From contig NC_082709.1 in NCBI RefSeq assembly GCF_030144855.1, positions 149,110,001 through 149,174,000 of the forward strand: 64,000 nt of DNA, given 5' to 3'. The notes under the pieces are model-generated. The model saw only the letters and a program-made list of their open reading frames with translations. It searched no databases and was not told where the DNA came from. Each line of letters starts with the position of its first letter. The stretch's first letter is position 1. This stretch comes from Hypanus sabinus. Taxonomy: Eukaryota. The position numbers and the translations under genes are program-made. Positions 11,900-25,420 of the stretch are shown in pieces.

Positions 11900-14440
11900 G
11901 CCTCTACACCCTCTCCAGCTTGACAATATATTTCATATAACAGGGTGATGCAAACTATACGCAATTCTCGAAGTGCGGCTTCACCAATGACTTGTATAAG
12001 AGCAATGTAGTGTATCCACTCCCAAATTGACTGCCCCGAATGATGAAGTCCAGCATGCTGAACACCCTCTTTGCTACAGTTGTGCAGCCACTTCCTGCAA
12101 GCTCTATTCGTGTGCTTTCAGGCCCCTCTGTTCCACAACACTCGTCCGTGCCCTGCCATTCACTGTATAAATCCTACTCTGCTTTGACTGTTCGAAATGC
12201 ATCAGGTCCATACTAAATTGAAATCTATTTGCCATTCCTCAGCCTATCTCCCTAACTAATCAAGATCTCTTGGCTATTCATTGCAATGAGCTTCACTGTC
12301 AACAAGACCCCCAAGTTAATATATCAGCAAACTTGTTGATCATGCATGTACACTTATATCCAATCATTTACATAAATAATGAATAATGAATAACAAAAGT
12401 CCTTCAACTAACACCATCTGCTTTCTAACATCAAACCAATTCTGAATCTACCTCACTACCTCTCCATAAATATTATGCAATCTAACCTTCGACACCATCC
12501 TGCCATGCAGGACCTTGTCATGTGAAGTCCATATAGACAACATCCACTTTCCCACCTTCATCTATTCCATTAGTTATGTCTTTGGGGAAAACTCCAAAGC
12601 TTTCTCAGTTATTTCCTCCCATGCACAAATCTATGCTGACCATTCCTGGTCAGGTCATGACTATCTACATCAGTGATGGTGAACCTGACCTTCAGAAGAT
12701 ACTCAGATTACTTCCCTACAGTTTAATCAAGCTCACCAGTGTGTAGTTCCCTGGCCAATCCTCATTACCAATCTTGAACCCTCTACCCTCCAGTCTTCTG
12801 GAACTTTGACAATAGCTAACAACAAAGCAATTAGGGGTTTTGTGATATCTTCACTGGGCTCCCATTAGGTCTGGGGATGCACTGTTCTGGCCCACCTTAA
12901 TGCACTTCAAAACTACAAAAACCTCCTTCATAATAAGCAAATGATTCAAAATTCACTACTTTTTAAATTCATTTCCCTGGAATCCATGATATTCTTCTTA
13001 GCAAACAGAGAGGAGAAATGGACATGAAAGTTCTACAGGACCCAAAGTGCTCCTCAGGTGCCATTTCAGTAATTAGGTCCACAGGTCCATAGGAGCAGAA
13101 TTAGGCCTTTTAGCTCATCGAATCTGCTCCACCATTCCATCATAGCTGATCCCAGATCCCACTCAACCCCATACCCCTGCCTTCTTGCCACATCCTTTGA
13201 TGCCCTGGCCGATCAGAAAGTATCAACTTCTGCTTTGATTATACAGATGGACTTGACCTCCACCACAGTCTGTGGCAGAGCATTCCATCAATTTACTACT
13301 CTCTGGCCAAAAGAATTCTTCCTAACCTCTGTTCCAAAGGGTTGCTCCTCAATTTTGAGGCTGTGCTGTCTAGTTATGGTTACCCTAACCATAGGAAACA
13401 TGCTCTCCCCATCCACCCTATCTTGTCCTTTCAACATTTGGTAGGTTTCAGGGAGATCCCCATGCATTCTTCTAAATTCCAGTGAGTACAGGACCAAAGC
13501 AGCAAAATACACCTTATATGTTAACCCCTTCATTCCCAGAATCATCCTTGGAACCTCCTCTGGAATCTCTCCAATGACAACATACCCTTTCTGAGATATG
13601 AGGCCCAAAACTGTTGACAATACTCTGTGCAGCCTGGCTAGTGTCTTATAAAGCTTCAGCATCATCTCCTTGCTCTTATCCTCTATTCCCCTTGAAATAA
13701 ATGCCAACATTGCATTTGCCTTCTTTACCACAGACTCAACCTGTAAATTAACCTTCTGGGAGTGTTGCATGAGGACTCCTAAGCCCTTCTACATCTCCGA
13801 TGTTTGAACCTTCTCTCCATTTAGATAAAAGTCCGCACTATTGTTCCTTTTATCATACATTTCCCAACACTGTATTCCATCAGCCACTTCTTTGACCATT
13901 CTTCCAAGTCCTACTGCAATCACATTGCCTCCTCAGCACAACCTACCCTTCCAGCTATCTTTGTATCACCTGCAAACTTTGCCATAAAGCCGTCAATTTC
14001 ACTATCTAAATCACTGACAAAATGTGAAAATTAGTGGTCCCAATACTGGTCCCCTGAGGAACACCACTAGTCACTGTCAGCCAAACAAAAAGGCCTCTTT
14101 TATTGCCACTCACTGCCTCCTGCCTGTCAACCATTCCCCTATCCATGCCAGTAACCTTCTTGTAACGCCATAGGATTTTATCTTGTTAAGCAGCCTCATG
14201 TGTGGCACTTTATCAAAAGCCTTCTGAAAATTCAAGTAAATGACATCCTCTGCCTCTCCTTTGTCCACCCTGCTTGTCACTTCCTCAAAGAACTCGAACA
14301 GATTTGTCAGGCAAGATTTCCCTTTACAGAAACCATGCTGACTTCGACTTATTTTATCATTAGTCTCCAAGTACCTTGAAACCTCAACCTTAATAATAGA
14401 CTCCAACACTTCCCCTTCCAGTTTTGGAACATTTCTGCAC
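11900..14440 (-). mobile_element. CR1 fragments (old 11900-12780; younger 13080-14440)
   Basis: [32 protein letters not shown] pieces. Confidence 0.8.
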
Positions 14441-14965
14441 ATCTTTTTTTCCTGCATTTTCTATTAAAATGAGTTAATCTTTTTCAGACAATCGACACAA
14501 CTGGACTCTTGCGCTCTTCTAACTATCCATTTTAACCTAAAAAGGCGGAGCTGATAATTGGCCCCGATAATCCCGAATGAAGCCACGCTAACATTTTACA
14601 GAGGTTTCGTATAACATCCGACTTGTTCAATCGGTGTATATTTCTAAATCCTTGAAGCTACTCGCTATCGGTAGCATTGCTCATTTCTATGTCGCCATTA
14701 ATTGTTTCTACAAAAACGCTCCAATTTGCCTACCACCATATCCGGTCCATAGCCGTATCTGGTTAAATAAATCGGGTTACCTTTACGTCTTGTGGGTATT
14801 TTAGTTAGAATTCTAAAAGTTATGATAAAAAGTCTTTCAGTTGAAACACTCTCTCGTCAGGGACCCTCTGAATGGGAACTCTGGACCTAACTGATATCGT
14901 CACCAACTGTCGATTACAGTTGTACTCGCTGACTTTGAGATTTTCTTTTACCCGTGTAAACCCAC

Positions 14966-15245
14966 CTTGCTGAATCTGAAACTTTTCCTTATTCCTTATA
15001 GACTCATTCCGGTTCCGTGCCGAACTAAGCAGGTCGCTCCCGCCGAGAGTTGCCCGCAGCTGGAATCATAGGCTCTCGAGACGGTCCCCATTTACCCTCA
15101 AGGGGCCCACCTCTGTTTAACCGAGACATCTCCCGTAACAGTCCAAGAAATGTTCAGATCTCTCGGGGAAAATCCTGCAGCCACACGAATAAGTGTGTAA
15201 ATACCAGCAGCTTCATTCTTCGGATTCAGTGAGAGGGAGGCTTCA
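14966..15245 (-). pseudogene. Decayed C1 exon of the older paralog
   Basis: SLSLNPKNEAAGIYTLIRVAAGFSPRDLNISWTVTG: Cys changed to Arg, acceptor lost, early stop; flanking intron is homologous to the intact units. Confidence 0.8.
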
Positions 15246-15759
15246 CCGCACAAACCCCGCCGACAACACGTTGTGAATTTTGTTTTTACACAGATGGATA
15301 CATGTGTGGACACAACTGAAGACGGTGCACGGATACAAAGGAAACAATGTAAACTGAACTGATTAGTTTGTGTCTCAAAATGCACACCGGCAGGAAGAGA
15401 AATAAAATACCGCCCGGGAAAGGAATGAATTCGAAGTAACACAGCGAGTGATTTTTTTTAAAAAAAAGCGGTTGCCTGTGATCTGGAATTAAAAATTGAA
15501 ATAGCAGAGAAACAGACTTAAAGTTTCAGGTCAGTGTTCTGCCAAAGGGTTTCAATACCAAACATTAACTGTTTCTCTCTGCGCATTTGCGACCTGACCA
15601 GTTTCCAGCACTTTCTAGTTTTATTTTTCAGTTTCTTTCGTCCAGGCACACTTTAGTCCCAGGATGCAAATTACACTGGCAGTGAGTCCCAAACAGGATG
15701 TTTAACGGTTCCGATTCCCCATTACCAGTCTCTCTGGCGTTTAAACGATTTCAGAATCA

Positions 15760-16430
15760 GAATCAGAATCAGGTTTATTATCACTGGCATGTGACGTGAA
15801 ATTTATTAATTTGGCAGCAGCAGTTCAATGCAATACATAATCTAGCAGAGAGTAAAAAAATAAATAAAATAAAAATAATATATAAACAAGTAAATCAATT
15901 ACAGTGTACGTATATTAAATAGATTTTTTAAAACACATCCAAAAACAGAAATAATATCTATTAAAAAGTGAGGTAGTGTCCAAAGCTTCAAAGTCCATTC
16001 AGGAATCGGATGGCAAAGGGGAAGAAGCTGTTCCTGTGTCTCTGAGTGTTGCCTCCAGACTTCTGCATCTGCTGGTACCTGATGGTAACAGTGAGAAAAG
16101 GGCATGCCCTGGGTGCTGGAGGTCCTTAATAATGGATGTTGCCTTTCTGAGACACTGCTCCCTGAAGATGTCATGGGTACTTTGTAGGCTAGTACCCAAG
16201 ATGGAGCTGAGCAGAATTACAACCTTCTGCAGCTTCTTTCGGTCCGGCGCAGTAGCCCCTCAATACCAGATGGTTTGCAGCCTGTCAGAATGGTACAACT
16301 AAATAAAGTTTTTGAGTGTATTTGTTGACATGCCAAATCTCTTCAAACCCCTAATAAAGTATAGCCGCTGTCCTCCCTTGGTAATAACTACATCGATACG
16401 TTGGACCAGGTTAGAAATTCAGAGATCTTG
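15760..16430 (-). mobile_element. Rex1/Babar LINE 3' fragment inserted between the pseudogene V and C
   Basis: CLRKATSIIKD..HPGHALFSLLPSG motif and a (TTCTGA)n-type tail at ~15750-15770. Confidence 0.75.
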
Positions 16431-16605
16431 TTGGCGTTGCTAAAGCGGTCGGAGTGTTGCATTTCACCGCCTCTCTTTCAGTGAACTTTTGGAAATCTGC
16501 ACCAACGACCCTGCTGCCCACCCAAGTTGTGGAGCTGTTGTATCAGCAGCATTTTCTGTATCTTCCCCGTACATGGGATTGTTTGGGTGAAGGTTAATCC
16601 AATTA

Positions 16606-16960
16606 CCTCGGGCCACAAAAGGAAAAGCCAAACTAAACGTGGCGAAGCCATACCACCCTCTGTGAAAAATCCCGAGAGACCAGCGAGCGCTCAGGCTGCC
16701 GAGTGCCTGTCTTCAACAAGTTCCAGCTGACAATCCCGGCACTGTCCGGCGTCCGAGACCATTCTCGCCGGATCCTTCGGCTCCTCCTCGATTCGCAGGG
16801 GCTATTGATTCGAGCTGTTTGCCCTCGACGAGGGGTCAAAACCGTAGGGGACTGGATAATTTTTAGACTGACAACGATCCCTGCGATTAACACCATCAGC
16901 AAATTGTGGAAGGAAAACGGGAATACTGTAGAAGACAGCAGCGGTGAAGGCGTGAATTGC
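16606..16960 (-). pseudogene. Decayed leader remnant plus V exon of an older paralog
   Basis: GIVVSLKIIQSPTVLTPRRGQTARINS aligns with APVVAPKVNQTPSALTLLRGQTARIYC; the B-strand Cys is lost, the leader donor reads GC, and the 3' half is diverged with a stop. Confidence 0.7.
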
Positions 16961-17179
16961 CCATGAGAAAGAACCCGAACTATTTATTCCATTGACAATA
17001 AAGAACAGTTCGCTTAATGTAGTGTTTCAAAACATACAGTAAGTAAAATCAATATCAGCAAAATTAATATTGAATACACACACGTCATCACTCATAGTTG
17101 AACCTACGCTGTGAGTTTCCTTTGTTTTACTTGGAAAGCGGCTTCGTAATGATCTTGCCTAAATCATATTTGACAATAG

Positions 17180-17700
17180 ACAATAGGTGCAGGAGTAGGC
17201 CATTCGGCCCTTCTAGCCAGCACCGCCATTCACTGTGATCATGGCTGATCAGACACAATCAGTACCCCATTCCTGCCCTCTCCCCATATCCCTTGACCCT
17301 GCTATCTATAAGAGCTCTATCTAACTCTCTCTTGAATGCATCCAGAGACTTGGCCTCCACTACCTTCTGGGGCAGAGCATTCCACATATCCACCACTCTC
17401 TGGGTGAAAAAGTTTTTCCGCATCTCTGTTCTAAATGGCCTACCCCTTATTCTTAAACTGTGGCCTCTTGTTCTGGACTCACCCATCAGCGGGAACATGC
17501 TTCCTGCCTCCAGCGTGTCCAATTTCTTAATAATCTTATATGTTTCTATCAGATCCCCTCGCATCCTTCTAAATTCCAGTGTATACAAGCCCAGTCGCTC
17601 CAATCTTTCAACATATGACAGTCCCGCCATTCCGGGAATTAACCTTGTGAACCTATGCTGCACTCCCTCAATAGCAAGAATGTCCTTCCTCAAATTTGGA
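17180..17700 (-). mobile_element. Young CR1 3' fragment
   Basis: Uninterrupted 144-aa RT C-terminal ORF plus typical 3' UTR. Confidence 0.88.
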
Positions 17701-18579
17701 TCGGAAAGTTTTTATTTCCCCTGTTCTGGGACCAAGTGGAGCACGAAACAACAGCGAAAGTGTACAGCACCTAATAGACATTGAATGCCGCCGGCAATGC
17801 AACTTGTTACTTTGGGTATACTGTTGCCATGTGTACTGAAATAGATTGAGAAGCTTTTGTACTGTGTGCCAGCCAGCCGGAATATTCCCTGAGATAGCTA
17901 AGAGGAAAACGGATTGCAGAACAGTGCTACAGTTACAGAGAAAGTGCAAAGAAAGCAGAGAAGTGCGAGGAAAGTAACACGAAGAAAAAAGATAAATATC
18001 TGGGTCATCAAGTATGTTTGTCCACCCAGAGACTCCGAGCCAGGTGATTCGAGATCGTTTCCTGACCCGAATTGCCTCTCACATCTCTGTAACCTTTTTC
18101 TACAATCAACACATGCAGCTCAGTTCCATTTTATGTTCAATGTTCTGGATAAGGCTTGATCTTTAATTTACTATGAACTTCGCCACGCCACATTAATGAA
18201 TTTGCCACGTCCAAAACGGTTGGACGGTTCAGCTTTAAGCAATATGCATCAATATTTTGGATGCAAAAACCAAATTCAATGTTTTTAAGTTTAGTGAATA
18301 TGCTTGCGAGGAAAGCACAAAGAGAACAAAGTGAACAGGCAAAAAGGCAACAGAAACAATATAAACACAGGATAAATATTCACTTCAGAAGGATAAACAT
18401 GAAGGCAGAATACTATGTAAATGGTGACAGTTTGGGAAACATTACCATAGAAATGGGGTGTCCTTATCTACCACCAAACATTCAGGTGCAGCAAGACATA
18501 GGACAACAGGTGACATGTTTTGTAAAAGATTTTGAATATTGTAAAACGTTTTGAATTCAGGACAGGTGATACCTTGCTA

Positions 18580-19160
18580 TTAAAAAATGCCTTGGTGCGA
18601 GACAGTTTCTGGAATGTTTGGCTCCTTACCTAAACTATGCACATCCCTGAGGTTTTGCTGCATAGATTCACTAGATTCACTTAATAAGCTGGTAAGGAAG
18701 GCGGGCTCTGTCGTGGGCACAGAACTGGAGAGTATGACATCGGTGGCAGAGCGGAGGGCGCTGAGTAGGCTACGGTCAATCATGGAAAACCCTGAACCAT
18801 CCAGAGACAGAGAAGCAGCTTCAGCGGCAGGTTGCTGTCAATGCAATGCTCCTCAGACAGGATGAAGAGATCATTACTCCCCAACGCCATTCGGCTCTAC
18901 AATTCAACCACCAGGGGCAAGACATGTTATAGTGCCAGGGTTAGGACTGAGCTTAAGTTACCACTCAATGCACTTTAGTAAACTATTTAAGAACTTTTTA
19001 AAAGCTATTTATTAATGCTTTTTGGGAGGGTGATTTTAGATGCATATCATATTTATACTGAATTAAATACTGTATGTAATTAGTTTTGCTACAATAAGTG
19101 TATGGGACACTGGAAAAAAGTTGAATTTCCCCTTGGAGATGAATAAAGTATCTATCTATC
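18580..19160 (+). mobile_element. Rex1/Babar LINE 3' fragment
   Basis: LNKLVRKAGSVVG motif; ends AATAAA + (TATC)n. Confidence 0.75.
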
Positions 19161-20066
19161 TAGACTGGTGGAGTGATTTGGTCAACTAGGCATATCGCCA
19201 CTACTTTTAAGAATCAGAGAAGATCTTGTTTACATGTACATGATTCTGACAGAGCCAGGTAGCCACAAAGTGAGGGTAGTTACCCTAGTCAAGATATCTA
19301 GGAGAGGATCATAGTCTCATCAGAGTACAGGATAAAACAAATATTTATCACTAAGAGGAATTCCTTTAGAGACTTAAACCATGCAATTCTCTCACTGGAG
19401 ACAGTGGGTACTAAAACTCTGAATATATTTATGGAGGAGATGGATCAATTTCCAGACAAAAGGCAATAAGGTTTATGGGGAAGGAAATGGGGGAAAAATA
19501 CTGAGATGGGGAATCAAGCAAGCTTGCAAAGCCAAATGGCCTACTGTTGCTCCTATTTTTCCTTGGTAGGCTTCATATTGCCAGCACTCACTCCATGGAC
19601 TGTCATTTTGAAATGTTGAAATTAAAGTGGATTTTAGAAAATTTATTTTATGATTTATATCAGGAATTTCGATTATTGATTGTGCTTCCTGGTTTTAGTG
19701 CGTCAATTTTCTCTGACTTGGAATTCTATTGATGCTAGGTACAGTTTGTATATGCATTGTTTAAATAATCCCTCTCTTTCATCAGTTTCAACTGTAATGT
19801 TTGGTTTCTGAAACCTAGACAAGGGTCTTGGCCCAAATAAATGTATTTATTGGACAAAAGTGTGAGATACATATTAAAAAAAATGTGCCCATCAATACAA
19901 TGACACGTTTATTTTTACTTTGTGAAATGCATGAAAACAGTCCTGATGAATCATCTCGGCTTGAAACTCCGAGCTTGTTTACTCTTTTCCAAGAATGCTG
20001 AGTAGCCTGCTGAGTTCTCCAGCGTTTTGTGTGTGACACTTCCGTTGTTCCTCTGTCTTATCACAG

Positions 20067-20149
20067 GTCATGTTGGTCTCCCTCTGTGCTGGTGGTGTGG
20101 GTTTGAATCTTATTGGAGGCAATAACCTTTTCCTATTAGATATGCACTG
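20067..20149 (+). CDS. TTF2: TTF2 exon ([31 protein letters not shown]2 helicase motif V region); probably part of an orphan partial duplicate
   Basis: cacag/GTAAG splice sites; matches the recalled human TTF2 sequence [28 protein letters not shown]. Confidence 0.85.
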
Positions 20150-23100
20150 GTAAGATTAAAGATTAGCAGTCACGCTATTGTACCTTTCAATTATTTTTAA
20201 AGATGGGATAGGTTGAATATATTTTCCTCATGCACAGAAAGCACTGAATTATTGATAAAATTGTATCAGCTTGATTTTTTTTGTGCAATTGATTTTCCAT
20301 TGCTTAAATACTTTTATTTTCACATTCTCCTCTTCCTTCTTTAGTAAGGATGGAGACAAGTAAGAATACCTCAGATAAGTAAACTGGGCACAGCCATTTG
20401 AAATAAGTCCACATGACAAACTGAAGTCATTCGAAAGTAATTTAGCATTAGGATTTCTGCAAGTTGGGGCAAAGAAACAAACACGTGGAACTCTGGATGC
20501 TAAAGCTGTATTCGGGGTTGTATAAAGAACACAAAAGCAAATGGCAGGAGTTTGTTCTCCCCGTGACCATGTGGATTTGCTGTGGATGCTCTGTATTCCT
20601 CCCATGTTCCAAAGATGTTAGGTTATTAGGTTAAATTATCACATGGGTATAATTGGGCAATGCGGACTTGTTGGGTCAGATGGATCTGTTTCCGTGCTGT
20701 ATCTCTAAAATAAAAAAATATAATGATCAGCTGAATTCAGGGGAGGTCCAAATTAGTGAAGAGTTATTGGGGGGGAAATGAAAAAAAGGGGAAGCTCAAA
20801 ATATAAGTGTGAATTTCCTTAGTCTTAGAACAGTTTGGACATATGTTTAAGGGCGAGGAAGTAACCAAGGAAAGAATGGGGCCCATGGGTATGCTGTGCA
20901 TGGAGTCAGTTTGTGGGTAAGGTTTTAATTGTCTATACACAGTAAGGGAAAGGACATTGTAGTTGGAGAATTCAGGGAGAGGAGAACATTAAAAAAGGAG
21001 GAAGACAAAAGTGGACAAATCCCCATGGCCTAATGAGATGTAACCCAGCTCTGGGAAATAAGGGAAGAGATTGTCAGGGATCTGGCAGAAATTTTAAACC
21101 TTCAGTGGCCACAGATGATATATCAGATATTTGGAGGACAGAAGATGTACATTTCTTTAAGAATAGCTGCTCAGATAAAGCTGGTTACCACAGGAAATTG
21201 AGTATAATAATGGTTGTAGAAAAGTTATTAAGGAATAAAATTAGTCTACAATTGGAAAGGCAAGAAATGATCCAACATAGCATGGCTCTGTGCAATGGAA
21301 ATTTATTTGTTTGACAAATTTGATAGTGTGTTGATAGGGTACTGCACCTGGCATAGTTTACATAAACTTTGGTAAGGTTTTAGACAAGTTCCAACATGAG
21401 TGAGTATACCAAAAGGTTGGAGCCCATGATTTCCAGGACAACATGGATTCAAATTTGCAAGGGTGGGGGGGGGGGAATAGAGGAACATAACAGAATAGCT
21501 AAAGCCAGAGGGAATAGGCTTAATGGGTAGCAGGCTTGAAGAGGTTGAGGAAGAAACCTTTTAACTGATTGTGGGGCTAGAATCTGAAATGTGCTGCCAG
21601 GGAGTGTGGCAGTAGCAGAGACACTCATTACGTTTTTTTTATCCAAAGAGCACTTGAGTCACCAAAGGCATAGAAGGCTACAGGTCAAGTGTTGGAAAAT
21701 GGAATTGGTATAATGAGTATTGTGACGGTTGGCACGGATGTGGTGGATTGAAGGCTCAGTTTCTCTGTTGTAGGACTGACTCTCCTTGCTCTGAGTATCA
21801 AACAATGCTACTTTTGTCTCATCTTGTTACTAATTAGTAATTTCTTTTTTGTTTGTTCTGTACTTTGCTTAACTGAGTTGTGGCTCAGTATTTCAAACTA
21901 GGATAATCCAAGATTATCTGAATTTGGTTAATTAATCCATGTAACTGAGCCACCTGTATGTTGCTGAGACCAAGAACCTTCTCTCTGTCCACCATATAAA
22001 GTGAGAATTCCCAGTGGCCACCCATTTCAATTCTACTTCCCATTACCATTCCGACATGCCGGCCGCCTCTACTGCCAGCATAAGGCCACATTCAGGTTGG
22101 AGGAGCAATACCTTGTATTCTGTCTGGGTAGCCTCCAACCTGATGGCATGAAGATGGATTTCTTGAACTTCTGGTAATTGCACACCCACTCTCCTGTTTC
22201 CGTGCTGGATCTCTAAAATAAAAAAAATAAAGATCAGCTGAATTCAGGGGAGGTCCAAATTGTCAAAGAGTTACTGGGGGGTGGGGAATGAAAAAAAGGT
22301 AGCTCAGGGTTTGGACCAATAGAGAAATGGTGATTTCCGGGTTAGGAAACAGTATGAGATTGGGTAGAGACTTGCCTTTTCAATTGATAGATGTTGAAAG
22401 TTTTGGCGTGCTGTTAAAACTTTGAGTTCTAGAGATGCATTTTGTACATGATGTTCCAGTGTAGACAAAGTGCTTGTTTGAGCTATTGTTCAGATGGGCT
22501 TGCTCCCGGTTACTGGGTGAATGAGTAGCACCTGGGAGTAAGGATGAGAATAGTAGAAGCAACAAGACATTTGAATCCATTTTGTACTGTAGTCAATATA
22601 GAAGAATGAGGGCTGTTTTAATTTGTAGACCAGCAGTAGAATAATTAGAATCAGAAAAAATAATTTTCAGGGAATCAAATTTTAAGGTTAGACAACAGAA
22701 TTTACCAGTAACTCTTTATAAACTACCAACTCAGCTGAAGTGGTCCTGAAGTGGGAGCTTGCAGGATAAAGATGATGATCAGTAAATTCACAAATATATT
22801 CATGCAAAAGGTCCCAAAGCAAGCAAGACATCCAAAGCTAACACTACCCAAAAAAGAAGAAATAAATCTATCAAATGCTAAGCATACTGCTAGGCTTAGC
22901 CAGAACAATCAAAATCTGTATGTTTATGTAATCTGTAGAAACAAAGCTTTAAAATTTAAAATGTGACATATTTAAAAAATCCTAAAATACAAAGCTTTGG
23001 ACATTTTATACCCTCCCCCCCAAAAAAAACCTAAAAGCATACTTACTGGTAGTCTTTGCAGCTATTACAGTTTAGATCAAAAGGAAAGCTATTGATACTC

Positions 23101-23919
23101 CGGAGGAAGGGTGAGAGTCAATTTTACACCATAAACTGTGGGCATGAAGTGCAATTTTACACTTCCCTGCTATTCTTCAGCACCACAATTCAGTTTGCAG
23201 TCAGAACGGTATAGATAACAGCAGTTTAGCATTTCTTCTTTCACAGATAGTGAGGAATTAACTAAATTTTGTTCATGATAACTTTGTTAACAGTGAAGGG
23301 AGTGTTTATTCAAATGTTCAGTTTTTTAAAAAATCAAGGTCATTCAGGTTTTGATGTTTTAAGGCTAACTCTAAAGGAATGAGAGGCAACATGTCAAAAC
23401 AGGTCTGGTTGAAACTACGGATAAACAGCAAGATAATTAAAAACTTACATTTTTGAACACAGAAACTGTATGTACGCCTTCAGGGAGCAGAGCTGTACTG
23501 ACCAAATTGAATAGTCACGGTTGACCAAAGTTGCAGAGCAACCCAAAACACAGATAAGGCCTGTAAATGATCAACAAACTGTATACCTAGGGGGCTAAGC
23601 AATGTAAAGCAAAGGTTAAGGAAAAATGAAATGGTAATTTTATAAAGGAATATGAAAAGGACCTTGAGGGATAAGAAGCTTAACACACCATGGAAATTAG
23701 AAGGCAAAGGCGATATCCTTAAATCAATTTGATTACATTGAAAATGAAAATAAGGAATAAGCTTGTTGAATTGGTACTTGCCATTGTCCAAGCAGAAGAG
23801 ATCCAGAGAATCACGAATTCAGATTTAGTAAAAATAGGAACAAATGTAACAAAACGCAAATTTCTAGGACCGGCTCTACTTTATGGTTTTTGAAAGAAGA
23901 GATGTATTAGCCGATAAGA

Positions 23920-25420
23920 CATTGGAGCAGAATTAAGTCATTTGGCCCATCAAGTTTGCTCTGCCATTCAATCATGGCTGATCCTTCTTTCACTTCCTCA
24001 GCTCCACTTCTGGCCTTCATCCCTAAACTTTGATGCCGTGTCCAATCAAGAATCTATTAGGCTCTGCCTTAAGTACACCAAACGAATTGACCTCCACAAA
24101 TTCACTACCATCTGGTTAAAGAAATTTCTCCACAGCTCTGTTTTAAATGGATGCCTCTCTATCCTGAGGCTGTGCCCTCTTGCCCTAGACTCCCCACCAT
24201 GGGAAATATACTTTTTGCATCTACTCTGTCTAGGCCTTTCAACATTCAAAAGGTTTCAGTGAGATTCCACCCTCCCCATCCTTCAAATTTCCAGCAAGTA
24301 CAGACCCAGAGCAATCAAACGTTCCTCGTTGCTAACCCTTACATTCCCAGAATCATCCTTGTGAACCTCCTCTGGACCCTCTCTAATGACAGTTAATCTG
24401 TTCTTAGATGAGGAGCCTAAAACTGTTCACAATTCTGAAGGTGAGGCCTCACCAGTGCCTTATAAAGCCTCAATATTACATTACTGCGTTTGTGTTCTAG
24501 AGCTCTTGAAATGAATGCTAACATTGCATTTGCCATCCTCACCATGAACTCTTCCTGCAAGCTGACCCCTAGTGTGTTCTGCACAAGCACACTCCCAAGT
24601 CCCTTTGCATCTCAGATTTTTGGATTTTCGGATTTTCTCCCTGTTTAGAAAATAGTCTGCACATTTATTTCTACAATCAAAGTGCATGACCATGCATTTT
24701 TCAACATTGCATTTCATTTGCCACTTTCTTGCCCATTCTCCTAATTAGTCTTGTCCTTCTGTAGCCTGTTTCCTGACCCTGCTTGCCCCTCCACCAATCT
24801 TTGTACCACCTGCAGACTTGGCAACAAAGCCACCTATTCTGTCACCTAAATCATTAATATACAGTATAAAAAGAAGCGATCCCAACACCAACACCTGCAG
24901 AACACCACCAGTCACTGGGAGCCAACCAGAAAAGGATCCCTTTATTCCCACTCACAGCCTCCTAGCAATCAGCCAATGCTCTAATCATGCCAGTAGCTTT
25001 ACTGTAATACCCTGGGCTCTTAACTTGGTAAGCAGCCTTATATCTAGCACCTTGTAAAAGGCCTTCTGATAGACAAAATTTCTATCCTACTAGAAATCTC
25101 AAAGAATTCCAACAGGTTCATCAGGCAAGATTTTCCCTTAAGGAAACGATGCTGACTTTGTCCCATCTTGTCCTGTGTCATCTGGTAGTCCATAATCTCA
25201 TCCTTAACACTTGACTCGAACATGTTCCCAACTACTGAGGTTAGGCTAACTGGTCAATAATTTCCTTTCTGCTGTCTTCTTCGTTTCTTGAAGAGTGGAG
25301 TAACATTTGCAATTTTCCAGTCTTCTGGCACCATGCCAGAGCACAATGATTTTTGAAAGATCATTATTATTGTCTTCCCAATCTCTAATGCTACCTCTTT
25401 CAGAACCCTAGGGTGTAGTT
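23920..25420 (-). mobile_element. CR1 fragment
   Basis: PEDWKIANVTPLFKK, GSLLFILYINDL and 3' motifs. Confidence 0.8.

Larger units (their letters stand above)
7725..12370. repeat. Segmental duplication block 2, left copy (matches ~59350-64000)
   Basis: Offset ~51630; the window end caatcattta equals 12361-12370. Confidence 0.97.

Noticed and set aside
17790-17990. Strong polypyrimidine acceptor on the minus strand upstream of the pseudogene
   Set aside because: No meaningful reading frame or homology; at most a UTR exon relic.
21041-21070. NPAL peptide as the missing TTF2 exon (also ~26062)
   Set aside because: No acceptor, no EDQACDR continuation, and the first lies within CR1 remnant sequence.
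23449-23560. Minus-strand 112-nt segment with good splice sites (GLICVLGCSATLVNRDYSIW...)
   Set aside because: No recognisable homology, no partner exons and no match to TRIM45; likely chance.
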